Positions 32,215 to 42,388 are shown, counted from the stretch's first letter. The stretch is DNA of 64,000 nucleotides from an uncultured Blastocatellia bacterium (GCA_937934295.1 CALHAI010000004.1:58023-122022); one strand, 5' to 3'. Notes: generated by a model from the sequence alone, not told the origin. Numbers and translations are program-made.

Positions 32215-32242
32215 TTGACTTCTCGGTTCACTGAGCTATAAT
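32215..32242 (+). promoter_or_regulatory. putative sigma70 promoter
   Basis: TTGACT-N16-TATAAT, followed by TAAGGAGG RBS. Confidence 0.6.
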
Positions 32243-32277
32243 GGGAACCACCAGAGAAATTAAGGAGGGATGGAGCT

Positions 32278-32649
32278 ATGCGGCGATGGATCGTTTGGGT
32301 GATTGTCTCCTCCTTTGTCGTTCCGCTGGTCAACCTTTTAGCTCAGGAACAGAAAGCGGGTCAGGCACCAGCGGCGCCGAAGGTGCAGCCCGCGCTCAAG
32401 ACCCATTCGGGTGAAGTCGTGTCGGTGGACACGACGAAGAATCAGATCGTGATCAAGCAGCGGACGGGAAAGGAAATGACGCTGGAAGTCGCTCCGGACG
32501 CTCGGATCACGAAGGCGCGTCAGACGATCACCCTGAGCGATGTGAAGCCAGGTGACCGGGTGACTACCCGATGCGATGAGTCCGGCGGCAAGTGCGTGCT
32601 CAAGTCCATTCGCGTTCAGGTAGCGCGCGCGGCTGCGCGGACGTCGTGA
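32278..32649 (+). CDS. secreted small beta-barrel (OB-fold-like) protein
   Basis: Signal peptide; GEVVSVD...[10 protein letters not shown] pattern. Confidence 0.75.
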   Translation: MRRWIVWVIVSSFVVPLVNLLAQEQKAGQAPAAPKVQPALKTHSGEVVSVDTTKNQIVIKQRTGKEMTLEVAPDARITKARQTITLSDVKPGDRVTTRCDESGGKCVLKSIRVQVARAAARTS

Positions 32650-32758
32650 AGGTGCATGGGACGGCTCTCGTCGAGTGAGATCTCGGGCGCTTGGCGAGAG
32701 CCGTCCTGAATTTTTATTTCTCGTTCACCGATTGCTCGAAAGACCTGGACGATCCCCC

Positions 32759-34303
32759 ATGCTCTTCAAGGTCCTGAGTGCGGCGACGCTTGGCATCGAG
32801 GCCTATCTCGTGGAGGTCGAGGTGGATCTCTCTCCGCGAGCGGGCGATCAGGCCGGGGCGGCTTTCATCATGGTGGGCCTGCCCGATGCCGCCGTCCGAG
32901 AGAGTCGCGAGCGGATTCGCGCGGCCATCCAAAATTGCGGCTTCTTCTTCCCCATCCATCGGGTCACGGTGAACCTCGCGCCGGCGGACATCAAGAAGGA
33001 GGGGTCGAGCTTCGATCTGCCGATCGCCGTGGGCATTCTCGGGGCGAACGGATATTTGGAGGGCGTGAGCCTGGAAGATGCGCTCTTTGTGGGAGAGCTC
33101 TCATTGGATGGTCGAGTCCGACCGATTCGCGGCGCCTTGCCGATCGCCGTGACGGCGAGAGCGCGAGGAATCCGGCGGATGTTCCTGCCGCCGGAGAATG
33201 CGCGCGAAGCGGCCGTCGTCGAAGGGGTTGATATCTATCCGGTGAGCGCGCTCCCTGAGCTTGTCGAGATCCTCACCGGACGGCGCTCCGTGGCTCCCGT
33301 GCGCCTCTCTCCGGAGGCATTCTCGGCGGACATCAATCGCTATCCCGTTGACTTCAGTGAGGTGAAGGGGCAGCTGGCGGCCAAACGCGCCATTGAGGTC
33401 GCCTGTGCCGGGGGGCACAACATCCTGATGATCGGTCCACCCGGCAGTGGCAAGACGATGCTCGCCAAGCGCATCCCAACGATCCTCCCTCCGCTCACCT
33501 TTGAAGAAGCCATCGAGGTCACCAAGATTCACAGCGTCGTCGGATTGACCGAAGAGCGCGGTCTCGTCGTGATGCGTCCCTTTCGCGCACCGCATCATAC
33601 GATCAGCGATGCCGGGCTCATCGGAGGGGGAGCCATCCCGCGTCCGGGCGAAGTCAGCCTCGCCCATCATGGCGTCCTCTTTTTGGACGAGTTGCCCGAA
33701 TTCGATCGAAACGTCCTCGAGGTCCTTCGACAACCGCTGGAAGACGGACGGGTGACGATCTCGCGGGCCGCCATGTCGCTGACCTTCCCCGCGCGGTTCA
33801 TGCTCGTGGCGGCGATGAACCCCTGTCCATGCGGGTATTGGGGCTCGCGCGTTCGCGAATGTACGTGCACCCCGGCGATGATCCAGCGTTACGTCTCGAA
33901 GATCTCCGGACCGTTGCTGGACCGCATAGACATTCACGTCGAAGTCCCGGCCGTGCGGTTCCGTGAACTCGCTGAGGATGCGCCAGGCGAAAACTCTCTG
34001 ATGATCCGAGCGCGCGTAGTCCGTGCGCGCGCGCTCCAACTGCGCCGATACGCGACTGATGGCATTTATTGTAATGCGCAGATGACTCCCCGATTGATTC
34101 GCAAGTCTTGTCGTCTGGAGGAGTCGGCGCACCGCCTCTTGGAGCACGCCGTCTCCCGCTTGGGGCTTTCGGCGCGCGCCTACGATCGCATTCTGAAGGT
34201 GAGCCGCACGATCGCCGATCTCGAGGAGAGCGAGCTCATTCGATCGCACCACATCTCCGAAGCCATTCAATATCGCAGCCTCGATCGCGCGTACTGGATG
34301 TGA
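32759..34303 (+). CDS. comM: YifB/ComM family Mg-chelatase-like AAA+ ATPase
   Basis: [49 protein letters not shown]. Confidence 0.93.
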   Translation: MLFKVLSAATLGIEAYLVEVEVDLSPRAGDQAGAAFIMVGLPDAAVRESRERIRAAIQNCGFFFPIHRVTVNLAPADIKKEGSSFDLPIAVGILGANGYLEGVSLEDALFVGELSLDGRVRPIRGALPIAVTARARGIRRMFLPPENAREAAVVEGVDIYPVSALPELVEILTGRRSVAPVRLSPEAFSADINRYPVDFSEVKGQLAAKRAIEVACAGGHNILMIGPPGSGKTMLAKRIPTILPPLTFEEAIEVTKIHSVVGLTEERGLVVMRPFRAPHHTISDAGLIGGGAIPRPGEVSLAHHGVLFLDELPEFDRNVLEVLRQPLEDGRVTISRAAMSLTFPARFMLVAAMNPCPCGYWGSRVRECTCTPAMIQRYVSKISGPLLDRIDIHVEVPAVRFRELAEDAPGENSLMIRARVVRARALQLRRYATDGIYCNAQMTPRLIRKSCRLEESAHRLLEHAVSRLGLSARAYDRILKVSRTIADLEESELIRSHHISEAIQYRSLDRAYWM

Positions 34304-34306
34304 GCC

Positions 34307-35500
34307 TCACTTGGCCGGGTGAGAGGATGCCAGGCGCGGCCGCAGCATGAGCGCGCGTTCATCGGGAATCCAGAGCGTGAGGAACGATGTCGCCAGAGGA
34401 AACGCCGCCATTGCGGCGAGAACGCCTTCGAAACCGAACGTCCGCGTGAGCGGCTCGCACAGCGCCGGAGACATCGAGCCGATCCCCCAAGCGAAACCCA
34501 TCATCAGCGCGGAGACCGTGGAGGTCTCTCCAGGGGCCAGCTCTTGAGCTGTCGCGACGTTCACCGGGAAGATGGACATGAGGGCGAAGCCCCCGGCGAT
34601 GAGGGCGGCCATGCTCAATGGCCCCGTCGTCAGCGCAGCCGTCGCTAGAAAGAGGGGGATGAGTATTCCCGTCCCAAGCGTGAGCCATCGGCCACCGAAG
34701 CGTTCGGCAAAGGCTCCTCCGAGGAAGCTCCCGCAGGCGCCGGCCAATAAGTAAGCGGTCAGAAGCCCCCCGGTCTCTCGCAAGCTGTATCCCCGATGCG
34801 TCAAGATGAAGGGCATGTAGCTGTTGGTCATCACGTAGGTGGCCGAGCGCGAGACGGTGATGGTGTAGAGGGCGAGCATCGGGCGCCAGATCGCTCGCAG
34901 CGTCGAGGTCAAGCTCCCGAACGCCTCTCGCTTATCCGAGAGGAGCCGATCCTCCCTGGGGCCATATCGGGAGATGAGCAAAGTGGCCACCCATCCAAGG
35001 GGCATCAGGAGATACGTGTGCGTCAAATCCGTCGCCGCAACGATTGCCGTGATGATCAGGGGGCCGAGGGCGAAGCCCAGCGTCCCCGAAGACGAGAACG
35101 TCGAGAGCGCCAGACGGCGTCGATGTTCATTAGCGCGGGCGACTAGCGCCGCGCCTTGCGGATGAAACGCGCCGTTGCCCATCCCCCCGAGGATGAGGAA
35201 GAGTAGGAGCATCCCATACGACGTAGCCGTGCCGATTAGGGAGATGAACGATCCGGCGATGGCCGGTCCGACGACGGCGAACGCGCGGCGCGTATATCGG
35301 TCGGCGAGAAATCCGTACACGGGTTGCATGAGCGAAGAGGTGAGATTCAAAAGAGGGGCGAGCCAAAAAACCTCGGCTTCGCTCAGATTCAGCCGTCGGG
35401 CGATCAGCGGCAGCAGCGGATACAGGGTGCTCGTATGCAGATCGTTGACGAAGTGGCCGAACCCGAGAACCAAGAGGGTGCGCCTCCCTTCCCCCTTCAT
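34307..35500 (-). CDS. MFS transporter (Fsr-like)
   Basis: GHFVND, QPVYGFLADR, AFHPQG; about 12 TM. Confidence 0.9.
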   Translation of the reverse strand: MKGEGRRTLLVLGFGHFVNDLHTSTLYPLLPLIARRLNLSEAEVFWLAPLLNLTSSLMQPVYGFLADRYTRRAFAVVGPAIAGSFISLIGTATSYGMLLLFLILGGMGNGAFHPQGAALVARANEHRRRLALSTFSSSGTLGFALGPLIITAIVAATDLTHTYLLMPLGWVATLLISRYGPREDRLLSDKREAFGSLTSTLRAIWRPMLALYTITVSRSATYVMTNSYMPFILTHRGYSLRETGGLLTAYLLAGACGSFLGGAFAERFGGRWLTLGTGILIPLFLATAALTTGPLSMAALIAGGFALMSIFPVNVATAQELAPGETSTVSALMMGFAWGIGSMSPALCEPLTRTFGFEGVLAAMAAFPLATSFLTLWIPDERALMLRPRLASSHPAK

Positions 35501-35800
35501 GCTCGCCTCCGCGTGCGATCACTCTGCTTCGCCGCGTGCTGTCGGAAATGCTCGACGATCATTCGAGAAACGCGCCCGAAGCGAATGCAGGATACCCTGC
35601 TGAGGAGGAAGGGGTCCGCTTGCGGCAGCGCCCCGATGATCCCGTCCCCGCTCCAGGCGATCGGCTGCCGATCGCGTCCCACGGTCTTCACGGCCCGATG
35701 GTGGAAGCTGTGGACCTCAGCCATCGTCTCTCCGGCCAAACGCGCCAGGATCGTCCCCTCTTCGATGCGGTGTGCTCCTTCTCCGCCCAGGAGCCGCCAA
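35497..35800 (-). pseudogene. decayed C-terminal fragment of a class I glutamine amidotransferase (peptidase C26/PuuD-like)
   Basis: HRIEEGTILARLAG...VHSFHHRAVK...AWSGDGII; QWHPE region frameshifted; no N-terminal half seen. Confidence 0.6.
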
Positions 35801-36048
35801 TCGGTCTCATCGCGTTTCTGCCAAACCGGTCCGAGTCGCGAGTGTGGCGGCTGCCCATATCGGCGCGGATCCCCGTCGCTTTGCCTCTCGCTCGGCGGTC
35901 GCATCGTTGCCTCTCTGCGAAGAAGCGCGTCGCGCGAAAAGTATTCAGTGTAGTGAGCGTGCACGCCTTTGTCAAAGGCAGCCTCTGGCAGCTCAAGGGG
36001 ACGATCGTCCGGCGCGCATGCTACCATTAGGAGGCGGAGAGAGCGAGA

Positions 36049-37443
36049 ATGAAGATCGCCCTGGTCGTCCATCGATTCTTCCCCGATGGTATCGGGGGAG
36101 TCGAGACGCTGGCCGCTCGCTTGGCTCACGCGCTGCGGAAGCGAGGCCATGACGTGCTCCTCCTCTGCGCGGCGCGTTCGCTCGGATCCGAAGGGCCGAT
36201 CCGCTTCCTTCGGGAAGCATATGAAGAGATCCCTGTTCTGCGCGTCGCGGGAGAGGGGGAGAAAAAGGTGGCGCCGATTCGGGCCACATATCGAGATGAT
36301 ATGATCGGCGAAGCCGTCACGCGGTTGTGGATCGAGGAGCGTCCCGATCTCGTGCATGTGCTGCATGGATTGTTTCTTTCAGCTTCGGTCATCGAGAGCG
36401 TTCGTCGAGTGGGGCTGCCGCTGGTGTGGACGCTTCCGGATTATTGGCCCATCTGTTGGAAGACGACGCTCCTCACCTGGGATGACCGGCTTTGCGCGGG
36501 GGATTGGGTGGTGCCGACATCCGAATGCGTGGCCTGTGTGATCTTCGAGAGCCGAACCTATCGCCGGCTCTTCGGCGAAAGCCGATTCTGGCCGCGGCCG
36601 CTGGCGCGCGGACTTGTTCGAATCGTCCGAAGTTCGGTTGGACGCCGCCTCGTCCCTTCGCTCTGGGCGCATACCATCGAGGCGCTTCGCGCGCGGCCCG
36701 CATGGTTTCACGCACTCGTTCACCGTGCGGATGCCCTCGTCGCCGTGAGTCCGTTCTCTTTCGACCTCTTCCGCGCCGCTGGGTTTCCTCGCCTTCGACT
36801 CATCGAGCAAACGATCGTCCCACCCGAAGACACTCTGGCGACGTCGGCGCCGTGGGCGATCGTGCGCTTCGGCTATATCGGGCGGATGAATTACGCCAAG
36901 GGCGTTGACCTGCTCGTTCGAGCTTTTCGACTCGCCGATGTGGGACAGCGTGCGACGCTCGAGCTTTTTGGCGCGTTCGAGGACGCGGCGTTTCGCGATC
37001 ACGTCCTGCGGCTGGCGGATCGAGATCCGCGCATTCACTTTCACGGCGAATTCCCACCGGAACGACTGGGAGAGGTCCTCGCGCAAATAGATGTGCTCGT
37101 CATCCCCTCGCGATGGCCGGAGACGGGGCCGCTTGTGCTCCTGGAAGCCTTCGCAGTCGGACGTCCAGTCATCGGTGCGCGCCTGGGGCAGATGGAGCGG
37201 GCGATAGAGCCGGGACGAAGCGGATGGTTCTTTGAGCGAGCGAATGCGCATGATCTCGCGGCCGTCTTGAGGAGGATCGTCGAGCAGCCTGAGGACTGGT
37301 CACGCCTTCGGAAGAATATTCGTCCGGTGAGGCCTTTCGAGGAGATGGTGCGCGAGTATGAGGCGCTCTATCGCGAATGCGTGGAACGCCATGGTCGCGA
37401 GACTTCGAGCGGGGACGTCGCAGGTTCGGACGCTCATCGGTGA
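36049..37443 (+). CDS. glycosyltransferase family 4
   Basis: GIGGVE, GYIGRMNYAKG, PSRWPETGPLVLLEA. Confidence 0.92.
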   Translation: MKIALVVHRFFPDGIGGVETLAARLAHALRKRGHDVLLLCAARSLGSEGPIRFLREAYEEIPVLRVAGEGEKKVAPIRATYRDDMIGEAVTRLWIEERPDLVHVLHGLFLSASVIESVRRVGLPLVWTLPDYWPICWKTTLLTWDDRLCAGDWVVPTSECVACVIFESRTYRRLFGESRFWPRPLARGLVRIVRSSVGRRLVPSLWAHTIEALRARPAWFHALVHRADALVAVSPFSFDLFRAAGFPRLRLIEQTIVPPEDTLATSAPWAIVRFGYIGRMNYAKGVDLLVRAFRLADVGQRATLELFGAFEDAAFRDHVLRLADRDPRIHFHGEFPPERLGEVLAQIDVLVIPSRWPETGPLVLLEAFAVGRPVIGARLGQMERAIEPGRSGWFFERANAHDLAAVLRRIVEQPEDWSRLRKNIRPVRPFEEMVREYEALYRECVERHGRETSSGDVAGSDAHR

Positions 37444-37819
37444 GGGCTCGTGGTGGGAGCCCATTGAGGGGGGGCTCAAGGGCATCGGCGCGCTCGCCCT
37501 CCTTCTTGCTCTCGCGCTCGCCGCATCGCGTTTTCGATCCTGGAGAGAAGAGCGCGCGGTTCCACAACCCCACGCGTCGATCGAAGGCCGGTGCGCGCCG
37601 GGGAACGTTGATCTGAATCGGGCGACACCGGAAGAGTTGGAGGCCGTCCCCGGCATCGGCCCGGTCCTGGCGCAGGAGATCGTGCGCTATCGCGAGCGGC
37701 ACGGGCCGTTCCGCCGCGTGGAGGAGCTGCTGATCCTGCGCGGCGTGAGCGTGCGGAAGCTTCGCGCGTTGTCCTCTTTCCTCTGTGTCGAAGGGGGGCA
37801 CCCGGCGGAGACGAATTGA
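37358..37819 (+). CDS. comEA: ComEA-family helix-hairpin-helix DNA-binding protein (true start probably downstream)
   Basis: TM then VDLNRATPEELEAVPGIGPVLAQEIVRYRERHGPF. Confidence 0.85.
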   Translation: MRRSIANAWNAMVARLRAGTSQVRTLIGEGSWWEPIEGGLKGIGALALLLALALAASRFRSWREERAVPQPHASIEGRCAPGNVDLNRATPEELEAVPGIGPVLAQEIVRYRERHGPFRRVEELLILRGVSVRKLRALSSFLCVEGGHPAETN

Positions 37820-37853
37820 CGGATGCGAGGGTGGGCTATAGCATTGAGGCCCT

Positions 37854-39275
37854 ATGTCAGGGCCACACTTTCATCTCATCGGAATCGGCGGGACGGCAAT
37901 GGCCGGACTGGCCGGGCTCTTGCTGGCCAAGGGATATCGGGTCACGGGATCGGATCAGGACGTCTATCCCCCGATGTCGGAGCTGCTCGACCGCCTGGGG
38001 ATTCCGATCGCTCGGGGGTATCGGCCGGAGAATTTGCGACCGCATCCGGATCGCGTCGTCATCGGGAATGCTCTCTCGCGGGGGAATCCGGAGATCGAAT
38101 ATGCGCTCGACGCGAAATTGCACTACGTCTCTCTGCCCGAGGTCCTTCGAGAAGAGTTCATTCGCGGTCGGCATTCGGTCGTGATCGCGGGGACGCACGG
38201 CAAGACGACGACGACCTCGCTCATGGTCTGGGCGCTCGAACAGGGGGGGCAGCGCCCGAGCTTCCTGATCGGTGGGATCGCGGAGAATTTCGGGACGAAC
38301 TTTCGGTGGAGCGAGAGCGCGTACTTCGTCATCGAAGGAGACGAATACGACAGCGCTTTCTTCGACAAAGGGCCGAAGTTCATGCACTATCTGCCGGACA
38401 CGGTGATCGTGAACACCATCGAGTTCGATCATGCCGACATCTATCCTGATCTGGAGGCGGTGAAGACGGCCTTTCGGCGCTTGATCAACATCATCCCTCG
38501 GCGGGGTTGCCTGATCGCCGATTTCGATTCGCCAGTCGTGCGCGAGGTGGTCGCCGGAGCCTGGTGTCCCGTGCATTCGTTCGGCTTGATGGCGGAGGCG
38601 GAGTGGCGCGCCCTTGAGATTCGCGTCACCGAACGGGGGACGACGTTTGAGGTGCGACATCGCGGTCTCTTCGTGGGGGAGTTCTTCACACCCTTAGTGG
38701 GCGAGTTCAACGTGCGCAATTGTTTGGCCGTCATCGCAGCCGCCACCGCGCTCGGCATCGAGCGCGAGGCGATCGCTCGCGCTCTGGCGAGTTTCCGCAG
38801 CGTCCGGCGCCGCATGGAGGTGAGGGCGGAGATCGCGGGGATCACGCTCATTGACGATTTCGCGCATCATCCGACGGCCGTGCGCGTCACTCTGGAAGCG
38901 CTACGCCAACGGTATCCCAATCGGCGACTCATCGCCGTCTTCGAGCCGAGATCGCGCACGTCGCGCCTTCGGATCATGCAACCGGCTTTCGAAGAGGCAT
39001 TCCTTGCGGCCGATGTCGCCGTCCTCGGTCCGGTGTTCCGACCGGAGGTCATTTCGGAAGAGGCGCGGCTCTCACCATCGGAGCTCGCGCGCGCGCTTCG
39101 AGAGCGCGGACGTCCGGCCTATGCCTTCTCAGGGGTGGAGGAGATCGTGAGCGCTCTCGACGAGATGCTCGTGCCCGGCGATGTCGTCGTCGTCCTCTCC
39201 AATGGAGATTTCGGAGGGCTTCATGAGAAGCTCATCCTGAGGCTCCGCGAGCGCGGCTCAGCGAAGACCCGGTGA
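37854..39275 (+). CDS. mpl: murein peptide ligase
   Basis: HLIGIGGTAM, GNALSRGNPE, GTHGKTTT, EGDEYDSAFFDK, DDFAHHP, FEPRS. Confidence 0.93.
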   Translation: MSGPHFHLIGIGGTAMAGLAGLLLAKGYRVTGSDQDVYPPMSELLDRLGIPIARGYRPENLRPHPDRVVIGNALSRGNPEIEYALDAKLHYVSLPEVLREEFIRGRHSVVIAGTHGKTTTTSLMVWALEQGGQRPSFLIGGIAENFGTNFRWSESAYFVIEGDEYDSAFFDKGPKFMHYLPDTVIVNTIEFDHADIYPDLEAVKTAFRRLINIIPRRGCLIADFDSPVVREVVAGAWCPVHSFGLMAEAEWRALEIRVTERGTTFEVRHRGLFVGEFFTPLVGEFNVRNCLAVIAAATALGIEREAIARALASFRSVRRRMEVRAEIAGITLIDDFAHHPTAVRVTLEALRQRYPNRRLIAVFEPRSRTSRLRIMQPAFEEAFLAADVAVLGPVFRPEVISEEARLSPSELARALRERGRPAYAFSGVEEIVSALDEMLVPGDVVVVLSNGDFGGLHEKLILRLRERGSAKTR

Positions 39276-39315
39276 ACGGGATCACGCTCCGTGTGGACGA
39301 GATGTGGCGGAGCGG

Positions 39316-40389
39316 CTATGAGGGCGTGAGAAGTGCGGCCAGATCCTCTCGTTGGCGGGCGGCGAGCTGCCCGCAAGCGGCGGCGATCTCCCGGCCTCGA
39401 GGTCGGCGGATGAATGTGGGAATGCCCGCCGCGCGCAAGATCTGTTGGAAGCGCGCGATGCGCGACTCCGGCGATGAGGCGAAGGGGAGCTCGGGGGCGG
39501 GATTGTATGGGATCACATTCACCTTCGCGCGAATTCCGCGCAGCAGCCGGATGAGCCGTCGCGCGTCCTCCTCGCCGTCGTTGATCCCCTCAAGCATCAC
39601 ATACTCGAAGGAGATCCACTCGTTCCTTCGGAGCGGATACGCGCGACAGGCAGCCAGCAGTTCCTCAAGGGGCCATCGCCGATTGATCGGCATGAGCTGA
39701 TCCCGAAGCGCGTTCGTCGTCGCCGCGAGCGAGATGGCCAGCTCCGGCCGAATAGGCTCTGTGGCGAGGCGGCGAATCCGCGGGACGACGCCGGCCGTCG
39801 AAAGCGTGATCCGCCGTTGGGAGATGTTCATCCCCCTTGAGTCGCAGAAGAGGCGGATCGCCTTCATCACGTTCTCATAGTTCAGAAGCGGCTCACCCAT
39901 CCCCATGAGGACGAGATTGAGTCCCCGCTTCGGCTTCGCCTCGGGGCCATAGAGGTCATTGAGGATGAGCCAGGCTTGGGCCACAATCTCGCCAGCCTCC
40001 AGGTTCCGCAGAAGGCCCAGGCGGGCCGTCATGCAGAATTGGCACGCCAGCGGACACCCAGCTTGCGTGGAGAGGCAGATCGTGTCGGCATACGGTTCAG
40101 GAATCCACACCGACTCGATTCGCACCCCATCTCTCAACCGCAGCAGATAACGCCGCGTCCCATCGCTCGCTTGGAAGACGTCGGCGACCTCCACATCGGT
40201 GATGACGTATTCGGCCGCGAGCGCCTCTCGCAAAGGGAGGGGAAGATCGGTCGCCGCCCGAAGGTCAACGATCCGCCGCCGGTGGAGTGCCTCAAAGAGC
40301 TGATGCGCGCGATACGGCTTTGGATCGCGTGCGCGCAGCAACTCTTTCAGCTCCTCTCGCGTCCGCCCAAGAAGCGCTTCTCGCATCAT
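39316..40389 (-). CDS. rlmN: 23S rRNA/tRNA adenine C2-methyltransferase RlmN
   Basis: CLSTQAGCPLACQFC, MGMGEP, AACGQL. Confidence 0.96.
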   Translation of the reverse strand: MMREALLGRTREELKELLRARDPKPYRAHQLFEALHRRRIVDLRAATDLPLPLREALAAEYVITDVEVADVFQASDGTRRYLLRLRDGVRIESVWIPEPYADTICLSTQAGCPLACQFCMTARLGLLRNLEAGEIVAQAWLILNDLYGPEAKPKRGLNLVLMGMGEPLLNYENVMKAIRLFCDSRGMNISQRRITLSTAGVVPRIRRLATEPIRPELAISLAATTNALRDQLMPINRRWPLEELLAACRAYPLRRNEWISFEYVMLEGINDGEEDARRLIRLLRGIRAKVNVIPYNPAPELPFASSPESRIARFQQILRAAGIPTFIRRPRGREIAAACGQLAARQREDLAALLTPS

Positions 40390-40500
40390 TTCGCATTATA
40401 GCGGCGGCTGGACGGATTCCCAAGACAAAGGGACACATCTATTGGCCGTGGCGATCTCGACCCCCGTTTTCGCGGACATCACGCGGGGTCAATTTTTCCC

Positions 40501-40529
40501 TTGACAATGTCGAGGACTATTTGTATACT
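40501..40529 (+). promoter_or_regulatory. near-consensus sigma70 promoter of the micropeptide pair
   Basis: TTGACA-N17-TATACT. Confidence 0.75.
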
Positions 40530-40570
40530 TTGAACCGATGCTGGATTTCGATCACATAAGGAGAGATGAT

Positions 40571-40681
40571 ATGCGCGAAAGAGGACAACTCGACATGGTG
40601 ACGCTCGTGCTGATCATGGCGTTTGTGATCCTGTTCCTGTTCATGTTCTTGCTGTTGGGAGGCGGAGGCGCAGGGTCATAA
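40571..40681 (+). CDS. 36-aa hydrophobic prepilin-like micropeptide A (MRERGQLDMVTLVLIMAFVILFLFMFLLLGGGGAGS)
   Basis: Hand-translated; TAAGGAG RBS, upstream promoter, paralog downstream. Confidence 0.8.
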   Translation: MRERGQLDMVTLVLIMAFVILFLFMFLLLGGGGAGS

Positions 40682-40709
40682 CTCGTTTCTTTGCCTGCGC
40701 GTCTCGAGA

Positions 40710-40754
40710 ATCCCCTGTGACGTCGTTCTGGCGAAGCACAGGGGATGTTTTTTT
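40710..40754 (+). terminator. intrinsic terminator
   Basis: ATCCCCTGTG/CACAGGGGAT perfect 10-bp stem followed by T7. Confidence 0.75.
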
Positions 40755-40789
40755 ATGGGTTTTATTGCTCCGTTCAGGGGGGGAGGGGT

Positions 40790-40891
40790 ATGCGCGAAAG
40801 GGGGCAAATTGATCCGATAATGCTCGTGTTGCTCCTGATGCTGGCGTTTTTCCTGATCATGATAGTTCTGTTGTTGCCGCGGCCAGCATAG
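40790..40891 (+). CDS. 33-aa hydrophobic prepilin-like micropeptide B (MRERGQIDPIMLVLLLMLAFFLIMIVLLLPRPA)
   Basis: Hand-translated; GGGAGG RBS; shares MRERGQxD with peptide A. Confidence 0.78.
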   Translation: MRERGQIDPIMLVLLLMLAFFLIMIVLLLPRPA

Positions 40892-41009
40892 GAGACGCAA
40901 CATCTGAGGATCCTTCACCGTCTGCTTCGTAAAATGGGAGCTCTCCTTAGTGTTGCTCCCTGCATGAGGGGGATTGCCTTTCCTGTTCGAGTCACGATAA
41001 GATGATTTC

Positions 41010-41642
41010 GTGCGCGTGATCGCAGGCCTGTATAAGGGGCGGCGCTTGAGGAGTCTCTCGGGAAAGGTCGTTCGGCCGACCCCCGATCGCTTGCGGGAAT
41101 CGCTCTTCAGTATCTTACGACCTCGGCTTACCGGAGCGCGGTTTCTCGATCTCTGCGCGGGGACAGGATCGGTGGGGATTGAAGCGCTCAGCCGTGGGGC
41201 GCATCGGGTCACGTTCGTCGAGCGCTCGCCCGCGGTCATCAGCGTACTCCGGCAGAATCTCGCCGCCTGTGGTATCTGCGACGGCATTGAGATTCTCCAG
41301 CAGGATGCCGTTCGCGCTCTGGAACGATTCAGCGAGCAAGGGGATGTCTTCGACGTGATCTTCTTCGACCCTCCGTATGCCTCGACGCTCTATGATTCCG
41401 TGCTCGAAGGCCTCGCGCGCAGGCCATGGGTGCTCGCGCCGGACGGGGTGCTTGTCGTCATGCATCATGCCAAGCGCGCTTTGGAACCCCGTTATGGGGA
41501 ATTGGAACGCGTGCGGCAGGTGCGACAGGGGGAGAACGTCTTGAGCTTCTACGTGCGTCGCCCTTTGCCGATGCCTGAGCGGTATGGCGAAGCGGAGGAG
41601 CAGGAGCTGGCGTTCGCCCTCGTGGGAAGCGCGGTGGAATGA
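41010..41642 (+). CDS. rsmD: 16S rRNA G966 methyltransferase
   Basis: MRVIAGLYKGRRL, RPTPDRLRESLF, LDLCAGTG, FFDPPY. Confidence 0.93.
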   Translation: MRVIAGLYKGRRLRSLSGKVVRPTPDRLRESLFSILRPRLTGARFLDLCAGTGSVGIEALSRGAHRVTFVERSPAVISVLRQNLAACGICDGIEILQQDAVRALERFSEQGDVFDVIFFDPPYASTLYDSVLEGLARRPWVLAPDGVLVVMHHAKRALEPRYGELERVRQVRQGENVLSFYVRRPLPMPERYGEAEEQELAFALVGSAVE

Positions 41643-41749
41643 GAGACGGCCACATACGATCTGGAGCCCTCGCCTTTCCAGAAGGACTGCTTTCACGAAG
41701 AGGGATGCCATATGAAGCCTTAAGAGCGGGGAGGGAGAAAGGAGGCGAT

Positions 41750-42241
41750 ATGCGAAGGCGGGTGACCATCGTCATCCTCGGTCTCATCCTTTGTGGGGCG
41801 GAGATGGGATTCGCGCAAGAGGCCCCACGAGTCGAGATTTTCACGGGCTATGCGTATGCGCGGTTGGCGGAAGCCGTCAACTCTCATGGGTGGAATTTTT
41901 CGATCGCCGGGAACGTGAATTCATGGTTCGGGATCGCCGCCGATGTGAGCGGTCATTATCGTTCGGATCTCTCGCTGTACACCTACACCATTGGTCCTCG
42001 CTTCTCCATGCGGAATACGGTCACGGCCTTCACGCACTTTTTGTTCGGCGGCGCGCGACTCGGAGATGGTGGCTCGCTCTCGGCGTTCGGGATGGTCTTG
42101 GGTGGAGGGTTCGACGTCCCCATTGGCGAGCGCTTCGCGCTCCGCTTGCTGCAGGCCGATTATCTCTTCACCCGGTTCGGTGGTGAGACGCAGAACAACG
42201 CGCGGCTGTCGGCGGGCCTTGTGTTCACCTTCGGGCGGTGA
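41750..42241 (+). CDS. outer-membrane beta-barrel protein (OmpA-like, 8-stranded)
   Basis: AAAGGAGG RBS, signal peptide, alternating beta strands, C-terminal aromatic residue. Confidence 0.8.
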   Translation: MRRRVTIVILGLILCGAEMGFAQEAPRVEIFTGYAYARLAEAVNSHGWNFSIAGNVNSWFGIAADVSGHYRSDLSLYTYTIGPRFSMRNTVTAFTHFLFGGARLGDGGSLSAFGMVLGGGFDVPIGERFALRLLQADYLFTRFGGETQNNARLSAGLVFTFGR

Positions 42242-42388
42242 GGGCCTCTTGGGGCGAAGGAGTGTATCCGCGCAAGTGCGGCGTACCCATTGCGAACGGC
42301 TTTTCGCCCTTTCTTGCCAGGGGGAGAACTCGTGTGGTAGCTTTACGGATCCCGAGATGAAGCATTCGTTGGACATGAGGGGCGAACG

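Noticed and set aside
40676-41287. 203-aa minus-strand ORF with a Q/H-rich stretch
   Set aside because: It is the antisense reading of hydrophobic micropeptide B and rsmD
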